This document shows, one piece after another, positions 36,917-50,550 of a stretch of DNA of 64,000 nt; position 1 is the stretch's first letter, and each line of letters begins with the position of its first letter. Source of the DNA: Octopus sinensis (lineage: Eukaryota); assembly GCF_006345805.1 (NCBI RefSeq), contig NC_043015.1, positions 14,198,001-14,262,000 of the forward strand, in the 5' to 3' direction. The position numbers and the translations under genes are program-made. The notes under the pieces are model-generated. The model made no database searches, was not told where the DNA came from, and was given only the letters and a program-made list of their open reading frames with translations.

Positions 36917-38803
36917 CAGGACAACCTGCTGAGGACTACTGACCAGATCTGTGGATGGTGCAAAGTCCTCTCTCAACCCAAAATAATGTGATGGTGGAAC
37001 AATGTTGTCGACTGGGATATTAGAGCAAAGAAACAGGCTTGGAAGGATTGGAAGAACGGTGGTAGCTGGGGATTATATCAGACTGCCAGAAAGAAAGCTA
37101 GGAGACAGGTTTATTTAGCCAGAGGGGAAGCAGATAAGAAAAAATTTGCCATGGTTCTGTGCCTTGAGGACCAAAGACTTGAGGTATTTTGTGTTGCAAG
37201 ACAGTGTGTGAGAGAGAATCATGATGTGGTAAGAGAGAAATATGACTGCAGGGATGATGGTTCACTTGCTGATGGCCTTGCTCTAATTGCTGAGTCACTA
37301 TCAGAACTAGAGAAGTTTCAGATGTGGAAGCAAGGATTAGAATTGAAGGGCCTTAGAGTCAACCTAGCTAAAACCAAAGTCCCAATAAGTAGGAAGGCAA
37401 ACAAACCATAAATCATTTCAGGTAGATGACTCTGCTCGATCTGTAGAAAAGGATAGGTAGAAACTCTATAAGATATACCCAGTGTAAGCTATGGACACAT
37501 AAGAGGTGCAGCAATATCAAAGGAAGGCTAACTGGGACGATAGTTTTTGTATGTGGCAGATGTTCAGGAGCAATAAACACTGAAAATATGCAGAGAACAA
37601 CTTCCGCCACATTCCAGGGAGAAAAACTAGAAGTAGTTGACAGCTTCTATTACCTAGGTGACCAAATCAGTAGTGGGAGTGGGTGTGCTGAAATTGTAAC
37701 TGCTAGAGTAAGAATAGCCTGGGCAAAGTTCAGAGAGCTCTTGCCTCTGCTGGTGACAAAAGGCCTCTCGCTCAGAGTAAAAGGTAGACTGTATGACGTA
37801 TGTATATGAACAGCCATGCTACATGGCAGTGAAACATGGGCTGTGACTGCTGAGGACATGCATAGGCTCACAAGGAATGAAGCCAGTATGCTCCAGTGGA
37901 TATGTAATGTCAGTGTACATACTCGACAGGGTAAGTATCATGAGGGAAAAGTTGGACCTAAGAAGTATCAGATGTGGTGTGCAAGAGAGACGACTGTGCT
38001 GGTATGGTCATGTGGTGAGAATGGATGAGGACAGCTGTGTGAAAAAGTTCCACACCCTAGTGGTTGAGGAAACCTGTGGAAGAGGTAGACCCAGGAAGAC
38101 CTGGAATGAGGTGGTGAAGCATGACCTTCGAACATTGGGCCTCACCAAGGCAATGACTAGTGACTGGGACCTTGGAAATATGCTGTGCTTGAGAAGACTC
38201 GGCAAGCCCAAGTGAGACCATAACCTCATGGCCTATGCCAAGGGTGTAACCAGCCCACTTATGTGTACCTTTCCTTCATTGGGCACTAAACTCTGCTTGC
38301 GAAGACCTGTTGATGCAAGTGAAATCAAAATCAATTTGATGACTGGCATCCATGCAAGTGGAGCGCTAAGAGTACCATACAAGTATGATTGTTGCCAGAG
38401 CAACAAACTGGCCTCTGTGCTAGTGGCACGTAAAAAGCACCATTCAAGTATGATTGTTACCTGCGTCGCCTTACTGGTACTTGTGCTGGTGGCATGTGAA
38501 AAAACATTCAAGCGAGGTCGTTGCCAGTGCCGCTGGACTGGCTCCTGTGCAGGTGGCACATAAAAAGCACCATTTGAGCATGGCTATTGCCAGTACTGCC
38601 TGACTGGCCTTCATGCTGGTGGCACGTAAAAGCACTCACTACACTCTCAGAGTGGTTGGCGTTAGGAAGGGCATCCAGCTGTAGTAACTCTGCCAGATCA
38701 GATTGGAGTCTGATGCAGCCATCTGGTTCACCAGACCTCAGTCAAATCTTCCAACCCATGCCAGCGTGGAAAGCAGACGTTAAACGATGATGACGATGAT
38801 GAT
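36917..38803 (+). mobile_element. RTE-clade LINE, internally deleted, with complete 3'UTR and (GAT)n tail
   Basis: WWNNVVD..IRAKKQAWK, ADGLALIAESLSELE, LVTKGLSLRVKGRLY, LRWYGHV-like RLCWYGHVVRMDE, GRGRPRKTW; ends gacgttaaacgatgatgacgatgatgat. Confidence 0.92.
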
Positions 38804-39409
38804 ATGTGAACAATATATTCAAAACAAGGGTTGGATATTTAATTTCATTTATATACTTATATATGTGTATTTGAAACAGATAAACCAAAACTTTGCAGTC
38901 TGTTTTGAATAGAATACCAGATTTTTCAGAACAAAACCTTTTTATTACAGTTCATCTGCATTTAGCATCTCTGACTTTCACTCACTCAAGGCCCATTTGT
39001 TGTTTTACTCTTCTGATTGACAAAACATGTATTGCGTTTTATTATATCAAAGATTTTTACGTCTTAATCTATATTTTCTTTATTAAGTTGTGAATCTAAT
39101 ACTTTGAAAACATATACTTCATCTCAGAGGAAGGATTAAAGATCCAATTTCACATTTCTGTTAGTAATACTTGCATTTCTCTCATAAGTAAAATAATTAA
39201 CGAAGTGGTATTTTGATCTCAACAAGTGTCCCAAATACAGCAACAAAATTCCGAAAAGTATTTCAAATACCTGAGTCATTAGCCACCATATTGGTTAGTC
39301 TCAAAGTTTACATCTATACTAAATCCCATGACAATCTCTTTCTCTTTAAAACAGATAAAGTGGCTCAGCTAATTCTCTTGATTCTGAGTATCAAAAGTAT
39401 CAATTCTTT

Positions 39410-39800
39410 TCTAAGACTTTTGCTTCCCAACCACATGGTTCCAGGTTCAGCCCCACTGTGTAACACTTTGAGCATGTGTCTTCAACTATAGCCTCGAGCT
39501 GACCAAAGCTTTGTGAATGGATTTGGTGGATGGGAACTGAAAGAAGCCTGTTGTGTGTGTGTGCACGTGTGTGCGCGCGCATGTGTGTATCTTTGTGTCC
39601 ATATTTGTCCCCTACCACTGCTTGACAACCAGTGTTAGTGTGGTTATGGCCCCATAACTTAATTTGGCAAAAGAGATTTATAGAATAAGTACTAGGCTTT
39701 AAAAAATAAGTCCTGGGGCTGATTTGTTCAACTAAAACTCTTAAAGGTGGTGCTCCAGTGTGGCCACAGTCAAATGACTGAAACAAGTAAAAGATAAAAC
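39410..39800 (+). mobile_element. SINE family A
   Basis: body and tail match 7476. Confidence 0.8.
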
Positions 39801-40059
39801 ATAATAGCTAAAAAGTCTACAAATTTTCAGAGAGGGAAGAGTCAATTATATCAACATGGGTAAATTACTGGTACTTATTTTAATGTTTCCTGGAAGGGTA
39901 AAGGACAAAATCAACCTGAGCAGGATTTCCATTCAAAATATAAAAGATAAAGTCTACTTACCACAAGATATTTTGTCTGCTGCTCTATGGATGGTAACCC
40001 TAAGACCCTGTTTCTCAACCATTTCTTTTTTTTTGTTTTTTATGTATGGACCCCTTTTT

Positions 40060-40430
40060 CCTTTTACTTGTTTAAGTCATTAAACTCCAGACATGGTGGG
40101 GCACTGCCCTGAAGAATTTTTAGTCAAATGTACCAACCCCAGCACTTATTTCTTTTAAAGCCTGGTACTTATTCTATCAGTCTGTTTTGCCAAACTGCTA
40201 AGTTATGGGGATGTAAGCGCACCACACCAGTTGTCTAGTGGTGGAGAAGGGGTAAACACAGACACAAAGACACACATACATATGTATACATATATATGAT
40301 GGGCTTCTTTCAGTTTCTGTCTACCAAATTTACTCACAAGGCCTGAGGCTATAGCTGAAGACAATTGCCCAAGGTGCCATACAGCAGGACTGAACCTTGA
40401 ACTATGGGGTTGGGAAGCAAACTTCTTGAT
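40060..40430 (-). mobile_element. SINE family A
   Basis: reverse-complement copy; forms an inverted pair with 39410-39800. Confidence 0.8.
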
Positions 40431-41849
40431 TTCTATTTTATTATTGTGAAACCCCATAGCTATTCAATGTCTAAAAACAAGTTTTAGTGATATTTCTTTT
40501 AAAGTTCCTACTTTTACACAACAAATCCAGCTGCAACACAAAGGACGAACTGAGAGCTAGGATCATCAGGGCCTTCAGGGGCCTAAAATGGGAGATAGTG
40601 ACGAAGGCCTGTGGCCAGTTCTGAGGTTGCCTAGAGGTGGGCATTGAGGCCACAGATGGATTTGATGAGTGAGATTGAGAGAACATGTCAGGAAGACAAA
40701 CTGACCCAGATTTGAGGATGTGAACAGTATTCATTCACATAAAAACCAAACCAAAACAGACTATGGAACCTAGTGCTGTCCCTGGGCTTACCAGTTGCTG
40801 TCAAGCCATCTAACCCATGCCAGCGTGGAAAACAGACATTAAGTGATGTTGATGGTGTTTTCAAATTTTAGCTCCAAAGTATATAAAAAATTTAGTGTAA
40901 TCATTTTAACTAGTTTATCTAACCCATTTCACCTACATTTAGGTTCTACATTAGATTTATATTCATAAAGATTAGATATTTTTTGTGAAAATTTATTAAG
41001 AATTGGCATATTTATTACAAAGTTGTAGTTACTCATGCACTATCTAGCCACCAAGAGACAGTATTATTATCACTGAAATCACACACATAATAGCAAAAAG
41101 TGCTATATTATAGGAGGAAGTGCATCACCCAATTAACAAATTCGTACCTGTTGTAGAGAAACAAAATCAAAATTAGTCCAGCAAGTTAACTCTTTGAGAA
41201 AACAGGTTTCTGTTCTTGGATTGCTGAACCTGATTACTTCTGTTTTGTCCCCTTATAAGGCCCCAACAATAGTCTACCATCATATTTATATTCCACCAAC
41301 CCTGGTATCTTTTAACCATAGATTAACTGTCCTGTTTCCTTTTTCATATTCATATTACATTCTAGTTTCTGGAAGAGAAAGAGTAACTTATTCACCAGGT
41401 CTCAATACTCTCAAATTTGCCATTGTTCAAAACATTTTCCACAACTTCTATGAATGCTACCCAGGCACTTTTCACTAGTAAATCATTAGCATAACTGAAG
41501 GGTTGGGAAGGGGTGGTCCACCCTAGGCAATTATTTTTGTGGAGTTGGCACTTTTGGGTATGTTGTATAGGCTTGGGGGCTCAAGGGTGAGGGATGTGGT
41601 GAACTCAAAGGCTGTCCTGACAATACACACTGTAGTTAAATCACTGAAGTAAATTCATAACTATGTTATACTTTATTTAGGTTCTTATCTTAGATCCATC
41701 AAAGATAGCTACCTACGAGCAAGAAATTTCCCCCCAAATATTCAAGTCACCTATTTTAAGCAAAGCTTTAATAGATTGCTTTCATCAAGTCTAATTTGAT
41801 ATGAAATGCTAGGAACAAAGTGTTTTCTGGTTTTATTAGGAGTATCTTT

Positions 41850-42476
41850 TATCTTTTTCTTGCTTGAAACAATATCAGATTTTCCTGTGATGCAATCAGC
41901 TTGGTGCGCTTTTAATCAGGTGTCAGAAGATGTGGCACCCACCAAGCTGAGACCTTCATCTTGTATAGTTCCTTGTGTAGAATATTCTCAACTCTCTCAC
42001 AGAATACACTAATAGCATTGGCTATTTGATTTATAGTCAGTCACCTGTCATCCATCACCATGTGGTGAACATGATCAATGTTTTCCTTGGTGGTGGCAGT
42101 TGCAGAATGTCCAGACCTAAGGTCATCTTCAAGACTCTCCCTTCTCCTCCTAAATTCAGTGACCCACTTTTGCATTGTTAATAGAGCTGGAGCATCACCC
42201 CCTGATGTAGCAACTATGTCCATCGGGGACTAAACCAATTTTTGTGCAGTTACTTAAATAACCACTGATGCCAAATTTTGTCCATTTTCAAGTGAAGTCA
42301 AGACTAGTTACTTTTTAAGTGTTCTTTGAACAGTCAGGTGTGAGTTTACATGGAAAGAAACAATGTAATTATTAATAAGAAGAGTTGAAATTAATTGAAA
42401 TTAATGCATGCAAGATTTCACTAATGTAGCATCACTCCTTCCTAGTCAGCTTATGAACTTTTCTGTTCACCTGTGT
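41850..42476 (-). mobile_element. mariner 5' half fragment
   Basis: TIR-like TACACAGGTGAACAGAAAAGTTCATAAGCTGACTAG; QKWVTEFRRRRESLEDDLRSG..ATATTKENIDHVHHMVMDDR. Confidence 0.8.
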
Positions 42477-43625
42477 ATGTGTGTATGTTTGTGTCCCTTT
42501 GTCTAGATATTGTGTCATTGTTATAAATGAATATTATTCATTTCAATTATTGTGTGAAAATATGTCTGGCTATAGGGAAATATTACCTTGCTTGGAAACA
42601 AGTAAAGGTTAGTAACTGGCAGGGCATCCAGCTATAGAAAACCCACCTCTATAAATTTTGTTTGACCCATGCAAACAGGGAAATGTGAACATTGAAATGT
42701 TATTGTGGATGATGATGATGATATATGACATATCAGATAGCAATGTGAATTTCATTCAGACAGACTGTACAGATAAGACGAGAATGTGATTATATATTTA
42801 TATGTTTTACACCACAATTTCTGGACAATAATATCATTAGTTACAGAATTCCAGCAAGTTAATTATTGGTTCAGTGCATTTCTAAAAGCAAGAGGGTCAA
42901 GAGAGTGTCAGCACTTCCATTTTTTTTTTTTTTTGGTCTCTCATCAGTATTTATAACCCTTTGTCAATATACATTGATGAATCACACACACATACATACA
43001 GGAGTAGGTATGGCAGTGTAGTTAAGAAGTTTGCTTCACTACCACATGGCTCTGGTTTCAGTTCAGATGTGTGGTACCTTGGGCAAGTGCCTTGTGAATG
43101 AATTTGGGAGATGAAAACTGTACAAAGCCCATCATACACACGTGTGTGTGTGTGCGTAGTACACATGAGAATATGTTTGTTCTATGATTTGGTAGTCCAG
43201 TGGCATCACTTGGTGTTCTGCCTGATGTGCTTTTACAGCCAAACTCCTGCTTCAAATGCCTTTTACGTTAAAATGTACAAGAACACGTTAAAAATAACAT
43301 CAAGAAAGGCATTTGGCATTAGGAAGAGCATCCAGCTGTAGAAACCGTGCCAGATCAGACTGGAACTTGGAGCAGCTCATCAGCTCCAATCAAACCATCT
43401 AACCCATGCCAGCATGGAGAGCAGACGTTAAATGATGGTGATGATGACCATGATGTATACATCTTTATGTGTTTGTTTATGGCTTGGATTATAACCCCTT
43501 ATATACACTAAATATTCATCATCATAAATCTGCTTTTCCATGCTTAACAGGTTTTCTGATGCAACGTATTATGGCTCCATGCCCTTCCAGTCACCATCCC
43601 TTATGCCTTTTAGTCACTTCTTATG

Positions 43626-44252
43626 TTGGTTCCAATGGGTCAGGACGCAGCCGAGGTTGAGCATCACATAGGTGCTGCCAGATCTGCATTCGTGCGCCTC
43701 CAGCGGTGCCTGTGGGAGAGAAGAGAGATCTCCTCGGTGACCAAAGGGCAAATCTACCAGGCCGTCATTCGTACTATCCTCCTCTATGGTTGTGAAACAT
43801 GGCCTATGAGGGTAGTCGATCAGCGAAGGCTGGAGGTGTTCGACAATGACTGTCTCCGCCGCATTGATCAGGATCCTACAGCCGGTCTTCATCGTCACCT
43901 GAATCTCCAGCCCCTCCCTTCAGTGCTTCTACAACAGCACTTAAGGTGATTCGGTCATGCGGCCCGGCGTCCAGAGGGTGAGCTGATTCACGATGTCCTC
44001 CTTCCACCTCCACTTCCCAACTGGTGCAAACGCACAGGCGGGCAGTTGAAAACCTGGGCAACGACGATAAAGGAGGAACTCTCTGAAGTCTCAGGTCCGC
44101 AAGTGGTTGGTCTGCGCAGATGGCTTGCTATCTCCAGTGACCTCGCACAGGACTGTCGAGCGTGGGCCGCCATGGATCATGATACCGTCAGGACCTTAGA
44201 AGAAGCCGGCTCAACCTGCCCTGGGTGAACGCTGTCACAAGTACAAGTAAGT
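43626..44252 (+). mobile_element. 5'-truncated GC-rich RTE-type LINE with (CAAGTA)n tail and 10-bp TSD
   Basis: TSD acttcttatg at 43616-43625 and 44253-44262; IYQAVIRTILLYGCETW, FGHAARRPEGELI, GGQLKTW. Confidence 0.92.
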
Positions 44253-44516
44253 ACTTCTTATGACAAATACAGACATGGTATGCCTATTCTAAAACCAAGA
44301 TGTACATCATATATCTCCCTCTTTACCCCTCTAGATACTGATATTTCCCATCGTATGCATACCCACTCACTACATTAACCTTTACTTACACCTCACACTC
44401 TTATGAGAGCATCCACTCTCTCATCCCCTCCCATGATCCACCTGCCCTGTCCTCTCTTATGCTCACTTTGTTCCCTGAGAGTTTGTTCTAGCACCCTATT
44501 ACTATCTTACTTTGTA

Positions 44517-44701
44517 GTAGAAAAGTGAAAACTGTGCAGAAGCCCATGGTATGTGTGTATGTGCAAGCTTGGCTGTATAGGCACAGGCGTGGTTGTGTAG
44601 TTAAACAGCTTGCTTCCCAGCCATCTGGTGTAGGATATAGTCCCATTGCACAGCACTTTGGGCAAGTACCATCTCTATTATAGCCCTGGGCTGACCAATA
44701 T
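44517..44701. repeat. 185-bp inverted copy of 46065-46248
   Basis: identical to the reverse complement except for one extra A. Confidence 0.95.
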
Positions 44702-45119
44702 TTTATATCCTTCAGCCATATATTTCCTCTATAGCAAGACATTTGTTCTTGTCCTTCTATCATACTTTAGCCTTTCAACACCTGGCTTACAACCACCCAC
44801 CTCTGCCTTCCTCTCCCAAATACTTCCTTAAGTTGTGAGAACTTTTTCCGTTTTCTTTTTACTCTGTCTTTTCTTTCATACAAGTTTCATAGCAACCACA
44901 CTAGTGGCCATGGCACTAAAAACACGCCCATTGCATTCTGCAAAGTGGTTGGTGTTAGGAAGGCCATCCAGCTGTAGATACCATGCCAAAGATGACATTG
45001 CGGCTTACCCAACACAGTCCCGGCAGCTTGCTGGTTCCCTGTCAAACATTCCTACTCATGACAACATGGAAAACAGACATCCAATAATGATGATGATGAT
45101 ATATATAAATATGTATGTT

Positions 45120-45168
<49 letters not shown>

Positions 45169-45171
<3 letters not shown>

Positions 45172-45311
45172 TTCTTAAAATTAAATATGTGTGTGTATGT
45201 GTATATATACATACATACATCATCATCATCGTTAAACGATGATGATGATGATGGTGATGATGTATGTATGTATATATACACATACACACATATATTTAAT
45301 TTTAAGAATCT
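45169..45311. repeat. near-perfect palindrome centred at 45234
   Basis: 65-bp left arm, 77-bp right arm (12-nt GAT-repeat difference, 1 mismatch), centre cgtt-a-aacg. Confidence 0.9.
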
Positions 45312-45385
45312 TTTAGAAAAATAGGCAGTTGTATAATTGTGACTAGAAAGGATATATCAAAGTAAACAGTATTCTAGAGTCATTA

Positions 45386-45760
45386 GGAGTGGCTGTGTGG
45401 TAAGTAGCTTGCTTACCAGCTGCATGGTTCCAGGTTCAGTTCCACTGTGTGGCACCTTGGGCAAGTGTCTTCTACTATAGCCTCGGGCTAACCAAAGCCT
45501 TGTGAGTGGATTTGGTAGACGGAAACTGAAAGAAGCCCATCATATATATGTGTGTGCATGTCTGTGTTTGTCCCCCAACATCGCTTGACAACCGATGCTG
45601 GTGCATTTATGTCCCTGTAACTTAGCAGTTCAGCAAAAGAGACTGATAGCGTAAGTGCTAGGCATATAAAGAATAAGTCCTGGGTTTGATTTGCTCGAAT
45701 ACAGGCAGTGCCCCGACACGGCCACAGTCAAATGACAAACAAGTAAAAGAATAAAAGAAT
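45386..45760 (+). mobile_element. SINE family A
   Basis: near full-length match to 7476. Confidence 0.88.
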
Positions 45761-46344
45761 ATATATGTAAACACACACACACACACACATGCATATATGC
45801 ACACACACAAACAGTGAGTGAATAAACAAAAGTATCACTCAACACTTTTGATTGTGTCCTCACCTTTTCTAAGCAAGGTACAATTTCCACATGACTAAAC
45901 ATTTTTCATGGAGGACTAGAAGCATACAAACCTCATTTGTATGTCAGTGATACACATTTACAACCATCACACCAAGGTAAGGGTACACTCAAACACAAAA
46001 ACACACTCACTCATAAACACAACAGACTTTGTTCCTGTTTCTGTCAATCGAATCCACTCACAGGATATTGGTCAGCCCAGGGCTATAATAGAGATGGTAC
46101 TTGCCCAAAGTGCTGTGCAATGGGACTATATCCTACACCAGATGGCTGGGAAGCAAGCTGTTTAACTACACAACCACGCCTGTGCCTATACAGCCAAGCT
46201 TGCACATACACACATACCATGGGCTTCTGCACAGTTTCACTTTTCTACCTCAAATTTCTATCATAAAGTAATGTTCAGTCCTAGGATGTAATAAAAACAC
46301 TTGTCCAATGTGAAACAGTGGTATTGAATTTAGAGTGGCATTCT

Positions 46345-46555
46345 TTGTCTTTTACTTATTTCAGTCATTTGACTGTGGCCATGCTGGGGCACTGCCTTGA
46401 AGGCTTTTAGTCAAACAAATCAACCCTAGGAATTACGTTTTTTTTAAGCCCAGTATTTTATCAGTCTCTTTTGCTAAACTACCAAGTTACAGAGACGTAA
46501 ACACACCAATACCAGCTGTCAAGCAGTGGTGAAGAACAAACAGACACAAAGAGAT

Positions 46556-46597
<42 letters not shown>

Positions 46598-46960
46598 CAT
46601 CATCATAGATTGGTAGCCACTACACACATTTTTTTCTCTCCTTGTTTTTTTCTGTCTCCGTTTCTGTAGAAGAGCGTAGGCTCAAAACATAAAAGACTTT
46701 TTCAATTCCTGAGCATTATACTAATACATCTGTTTGTTTTCTACACCACCTGTCTTCGTCTTTTGTTTCTTTCGTGAACTCTCCCTATATATATAAATAT
46801 ATACGACAGACTTCTTCCAATTTCTGTCTACCAAATCCACTCACAAGGCTTTGGTTGGCCCAAAGCTACTGTAAAAAGCATTTGCCCAAGGTGTCACACT
46901 GGGACTGAACCCAGAACCATGTGGTTGGGAAGCAAACTACTTACCACATAGCCATGCCTA
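46345..46960 (-). mobile_element. SINE family A interrupted in its microsatellite by a short PLE-type repeat (~46597-46790)
   Basis: tail at 46345-46560, head at 46800-46960; insert matches 61860-62050. Confidence 0.8.
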
Positions 46961-48179
46961 AACACAAATTACCACTCTATATTTGATAACAAAAAATGTA
47001 TGACTAAAGATAAGATACTTTTTATTTATTTATTTATTTAACTCTGATTACTTTATTCATGAGAACGAAATATTTGGTGGGGAGGTGGGAGCAAAATGAG
47101 TAACTTCTGATTTTTACTTTCCCCCTACCTGTTTGAAATCATTACGTCACAAGTATTTCATCATCATTTTGTATTGCTACATCATATTTAGAAGTGAAAC
47201 TTGGTCAGCAAAGTTGTTGAAGTTGAGGGTTCCAAAACAGTCTGGTGACAGGTCCTCTTTTTTCAAGAAATTCTTCAACTTTGACCTAGTTGTAACTGAG
47301 GTTGCTAATAAGATATTTAGATAATTTTTGGTGTTTAACAATCAATATTCTTTTCCCTGTTGGATTCCAAGTCATTTTTGTCCTACATCAATGTCTAATT
47401 TGATCATTTTCAAGTTTCAAAAAAAAAAAATGATGTCTAAAATGGAGTAAAATGAGTAATAACTAATTTCGGTAATTTCTTTCTTTTACTGCATGGTGTA
47501 TAAATCAGGGACATGCTGCCAAGGTAGGCAGTGCCTACCTTGAATAAAGTAGATTGATAGCAACATTTTCCTCTCATGGCAAAATATGCACCTAATTCAA
47601 TAAACTTATAAAGGTTAGTCTGATTGCTCTGCATAAGATGCAAAATATATTTTTTTTTTGTAGATTAGGCTGGCATAATTTGCTCCTGCCTTCCAATCTC
47701 AGTATTCAAACTACGCACAGTACTGCTGTGGTACATGTGCCACCTTACACACCTACAACATTTTCTTTACAGGCTATAAAGGCAGTAAATTGCCTTCAAC
47801 TCAGTCGTGCGCCTGTGTTTCACTTATTTTTTTGTCGTTTTATTACATAAAGCTCACCAACTGCCTACCCTGAATAATTACTGGTGGCATGTGCCTGGTG
47901 TAAATAGATCATGAAGAGGACACTCCAGCAGATTGTGAAGAAGTTATAGAGAATTTTTTATTTAGTCAAGTTTCATCAATTTTATATTATGTGCCATTTT
48001 TCCCTCATTCTCTTTCATTTGACCTCTATATTTGAATCTAAAATTTTTTTTTTTTTTGGCATTCCTGACCTTTCTGATGTCTAAGGATGAATATTGATGT
48101 GTTTGAGACTGTTTTCTGGAGGATTGAAGAGGCAAATTTACATTATCTTGTCTTACTCATTTTGCCCCAGCGAAATTTG

Positions 48180-50550
48180 TCTTTTATATGCTCAAAGAGA
48201 ACGATAATTTTCTTAAATAGTGATCAAATTACGTTATAATGCTTTTAATACATTTAGGGAAGGCCATTTGCTTAGCTGATATAGTTTTTGGGAGGTAGTG
48301 AACATTTGTAAAAAATATGTTTTGTCTCGGTCAAACATGCAATAAAACACCTCATTTTGCCCCCACCCCTATACGTTGCTGAACTGATTTTCTGTCCAAT
48401 TTCAAGTGGTACTAAATATGAATAAAACCGAATTTTAATTCGAATTATTTTGAAATTTAATTCGAAATATTTTGAAATTTTAGTATAAATATGCGAAAAA
48501 TGTAATGAATAAATTTAGAAAATGTTCAATAATTCACTTGTGTTGCAAAAAAAAAAGGAAGGGAGAAAAGAAAGATAAAAGTTTTATATAATATAAAATG
48601 TGGTATTTTATCAAATGAGTAGTTGATTAAATGGATGGCAGCAGTTAATTACGAGTTGTAGAACAAACGTTTTTTTTTTTACAGTTAATAACTGGTTTGA
48701 GAATGAAATCAAAATTGTAAGTCAAAATGTTCGCTCTATCACCTGTCTAGCCTAACACGTTATATAAAGGAGATAAAGAATAACTTTCGTTAGAGCTGAA
48801 TAGTGTCTGTTGTCAGTACCAAATTTTATGGATGTCAGCCTTTTTATTATACAGGCAGACATCTACTGTTTCTGAAAATAAAAGCAAAATACATCAACAA
48901 AAATATCCTCCCAGCTTGAACAATATGAATTATCAAATGTCTCGACTTCTCACTAGTAAAATTCAGGGCAACTATCTTTTGATGTTGTCGTTAATCGACA
49001 TTTTAGAATTTAAAACTTTTAAAATTTATTTTACTCTTTACCGTTGTTTTCTTTCACTACTTCAACTATGCCTATATATATATATCTTTATTAGATACAA
49101 CATTTAATTATTATTATAAAACTTTAGTTCTTTTCGCGTTTAAAAAAGCAATGAATGTTCTGTATACAATCTTTTTTTATTGTCTAAACGCATGCATCTT
49201 GTATTAAACTTAATATTTTAAATAAAACGTCTCGGTGTAGTTGAGAATGAAATTGTGTTCGGGATGTAACTGGATCCTATACCTTTTAGAAATCAAGCGT
49301 CATTTTAAAAACAAAGTTACTTTAAAATCGATATGCTTATAAGCAGCATAAAGCTATTGGAGAGTGTGATACCGTTAAACTAAGAAGAACATTTATAGTA
49401 TCCCGTTAATCCTAATTAATAACAAAAATCAGTTGCAGATAACGTGTTATCTAAGAAAGGATTTAATGCTTGGCAACAGAGGTGGATGGTTGTGAAAGGG
49501 TTGTTTGTTAGCTTTCTGATAATTTAGTCTAATTTTATTTTTAGTATTGATAATTTATACTTTGAAACAATATCTGCTAGCAAAAGTTGACAAAAATAAA
49601 ATTAAATAAAACATTTGACACGTCATGCTGCAAATTGGTTACAGGTGGCTAATTAGTTTACCTAGCCATGGCAGTTGCTGGCCGCTGAAGCTGCCATCCA
49701 CTAAACTGGAGAAACTGCAACATATTGGTTAGGACAGGCTTTATGAAAAATTTCCAGCTCCTTTTAAATATGTAGCTTATACTAAGTATAAGAACATTTA
49801 ATATGTCCTCAAAGCTAAAGCAGTGGAGCGCTAAAGAAAGTATAATGATAATTTGGAAGTTTAAAAAAACAAATACTGACTTGCTACTTGTAACTGATTT
49901 ATTTATTACCCTAGCAACAAGTAGCTGTTTCGCCATCTATCTACCTTCACCCTTTCTTTCATTGATATGGTTTCGTCAAACATCTATTTCACGGCTGCTT
50001 TTCTGTTGCAGGTCTCCCTTACCTTTTGCTGATTATTTTAACTCGGAAATAACTTACATTGTTAACATTTGATGCCATTAATCACCCACTCTTCTCTCTC
50101 TTTCCTTTACAATACTACCTGTCCATTTACTAATCGTTAATAACAAACTTGTTCCATAGAGCTCTGGACCTGTATATTGACATTTATTGATTACTTTCAC
50201 TCAGGACTTCGTTTCGAGGTCGGAAAAGAAAATTCATCTAAGAAGGATACTTAGGTGAAGCTTCAAGAATATTCTCGTTTTACTTTTTTTTTCTTTTTAC
50301 TTTCAAAATAATCATATTTGGTCGATATTTAGATGAAAGTTAACTACAAAAGTTTTTTTTTCTTTTGCTCCTTCCCAGAGGAACTTTCGACTTTCATTCG
50401 TTAAAATATTTATTGGTAGTATTGGTACTTGTCTTTGAGTTCTGTAATAGATGAAGAGACTAGTAATTAATAAGAGAGGAAAATGGTGTGGGATAAAAAA
50501 GCAACTATAACTAACGAATAGTTATTGTAGTCGATGTTTACATATTTTTA
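48180..50550 (+). promoter_or_regulatory. putative intragenic promoter / 5'UTR region (CpG-retaining, repeat-poor)
   Basis: Roughly 40+ CpG in ~2.4 kb by eye versus about 2 in 18950-20050; no SINE copies; directly upstream of the 50551 exon; TSS not identifiable. Confidence 0.45.

Noticed and set aside
41694-41744. Possible 51-nt phase 2/2 exon (SIKDSYLRARNFPQIF)
   Set aside because: Open and frame-preserving, but the donor GTCACC is far from consensus.
47638-47850. ORF after a poly-T/AG acceptor at 47663 (phase 2)
   Set aside because: No phase-2 consensus donor, and the peptide is not Shank-like; more likely an old repeat remnant.
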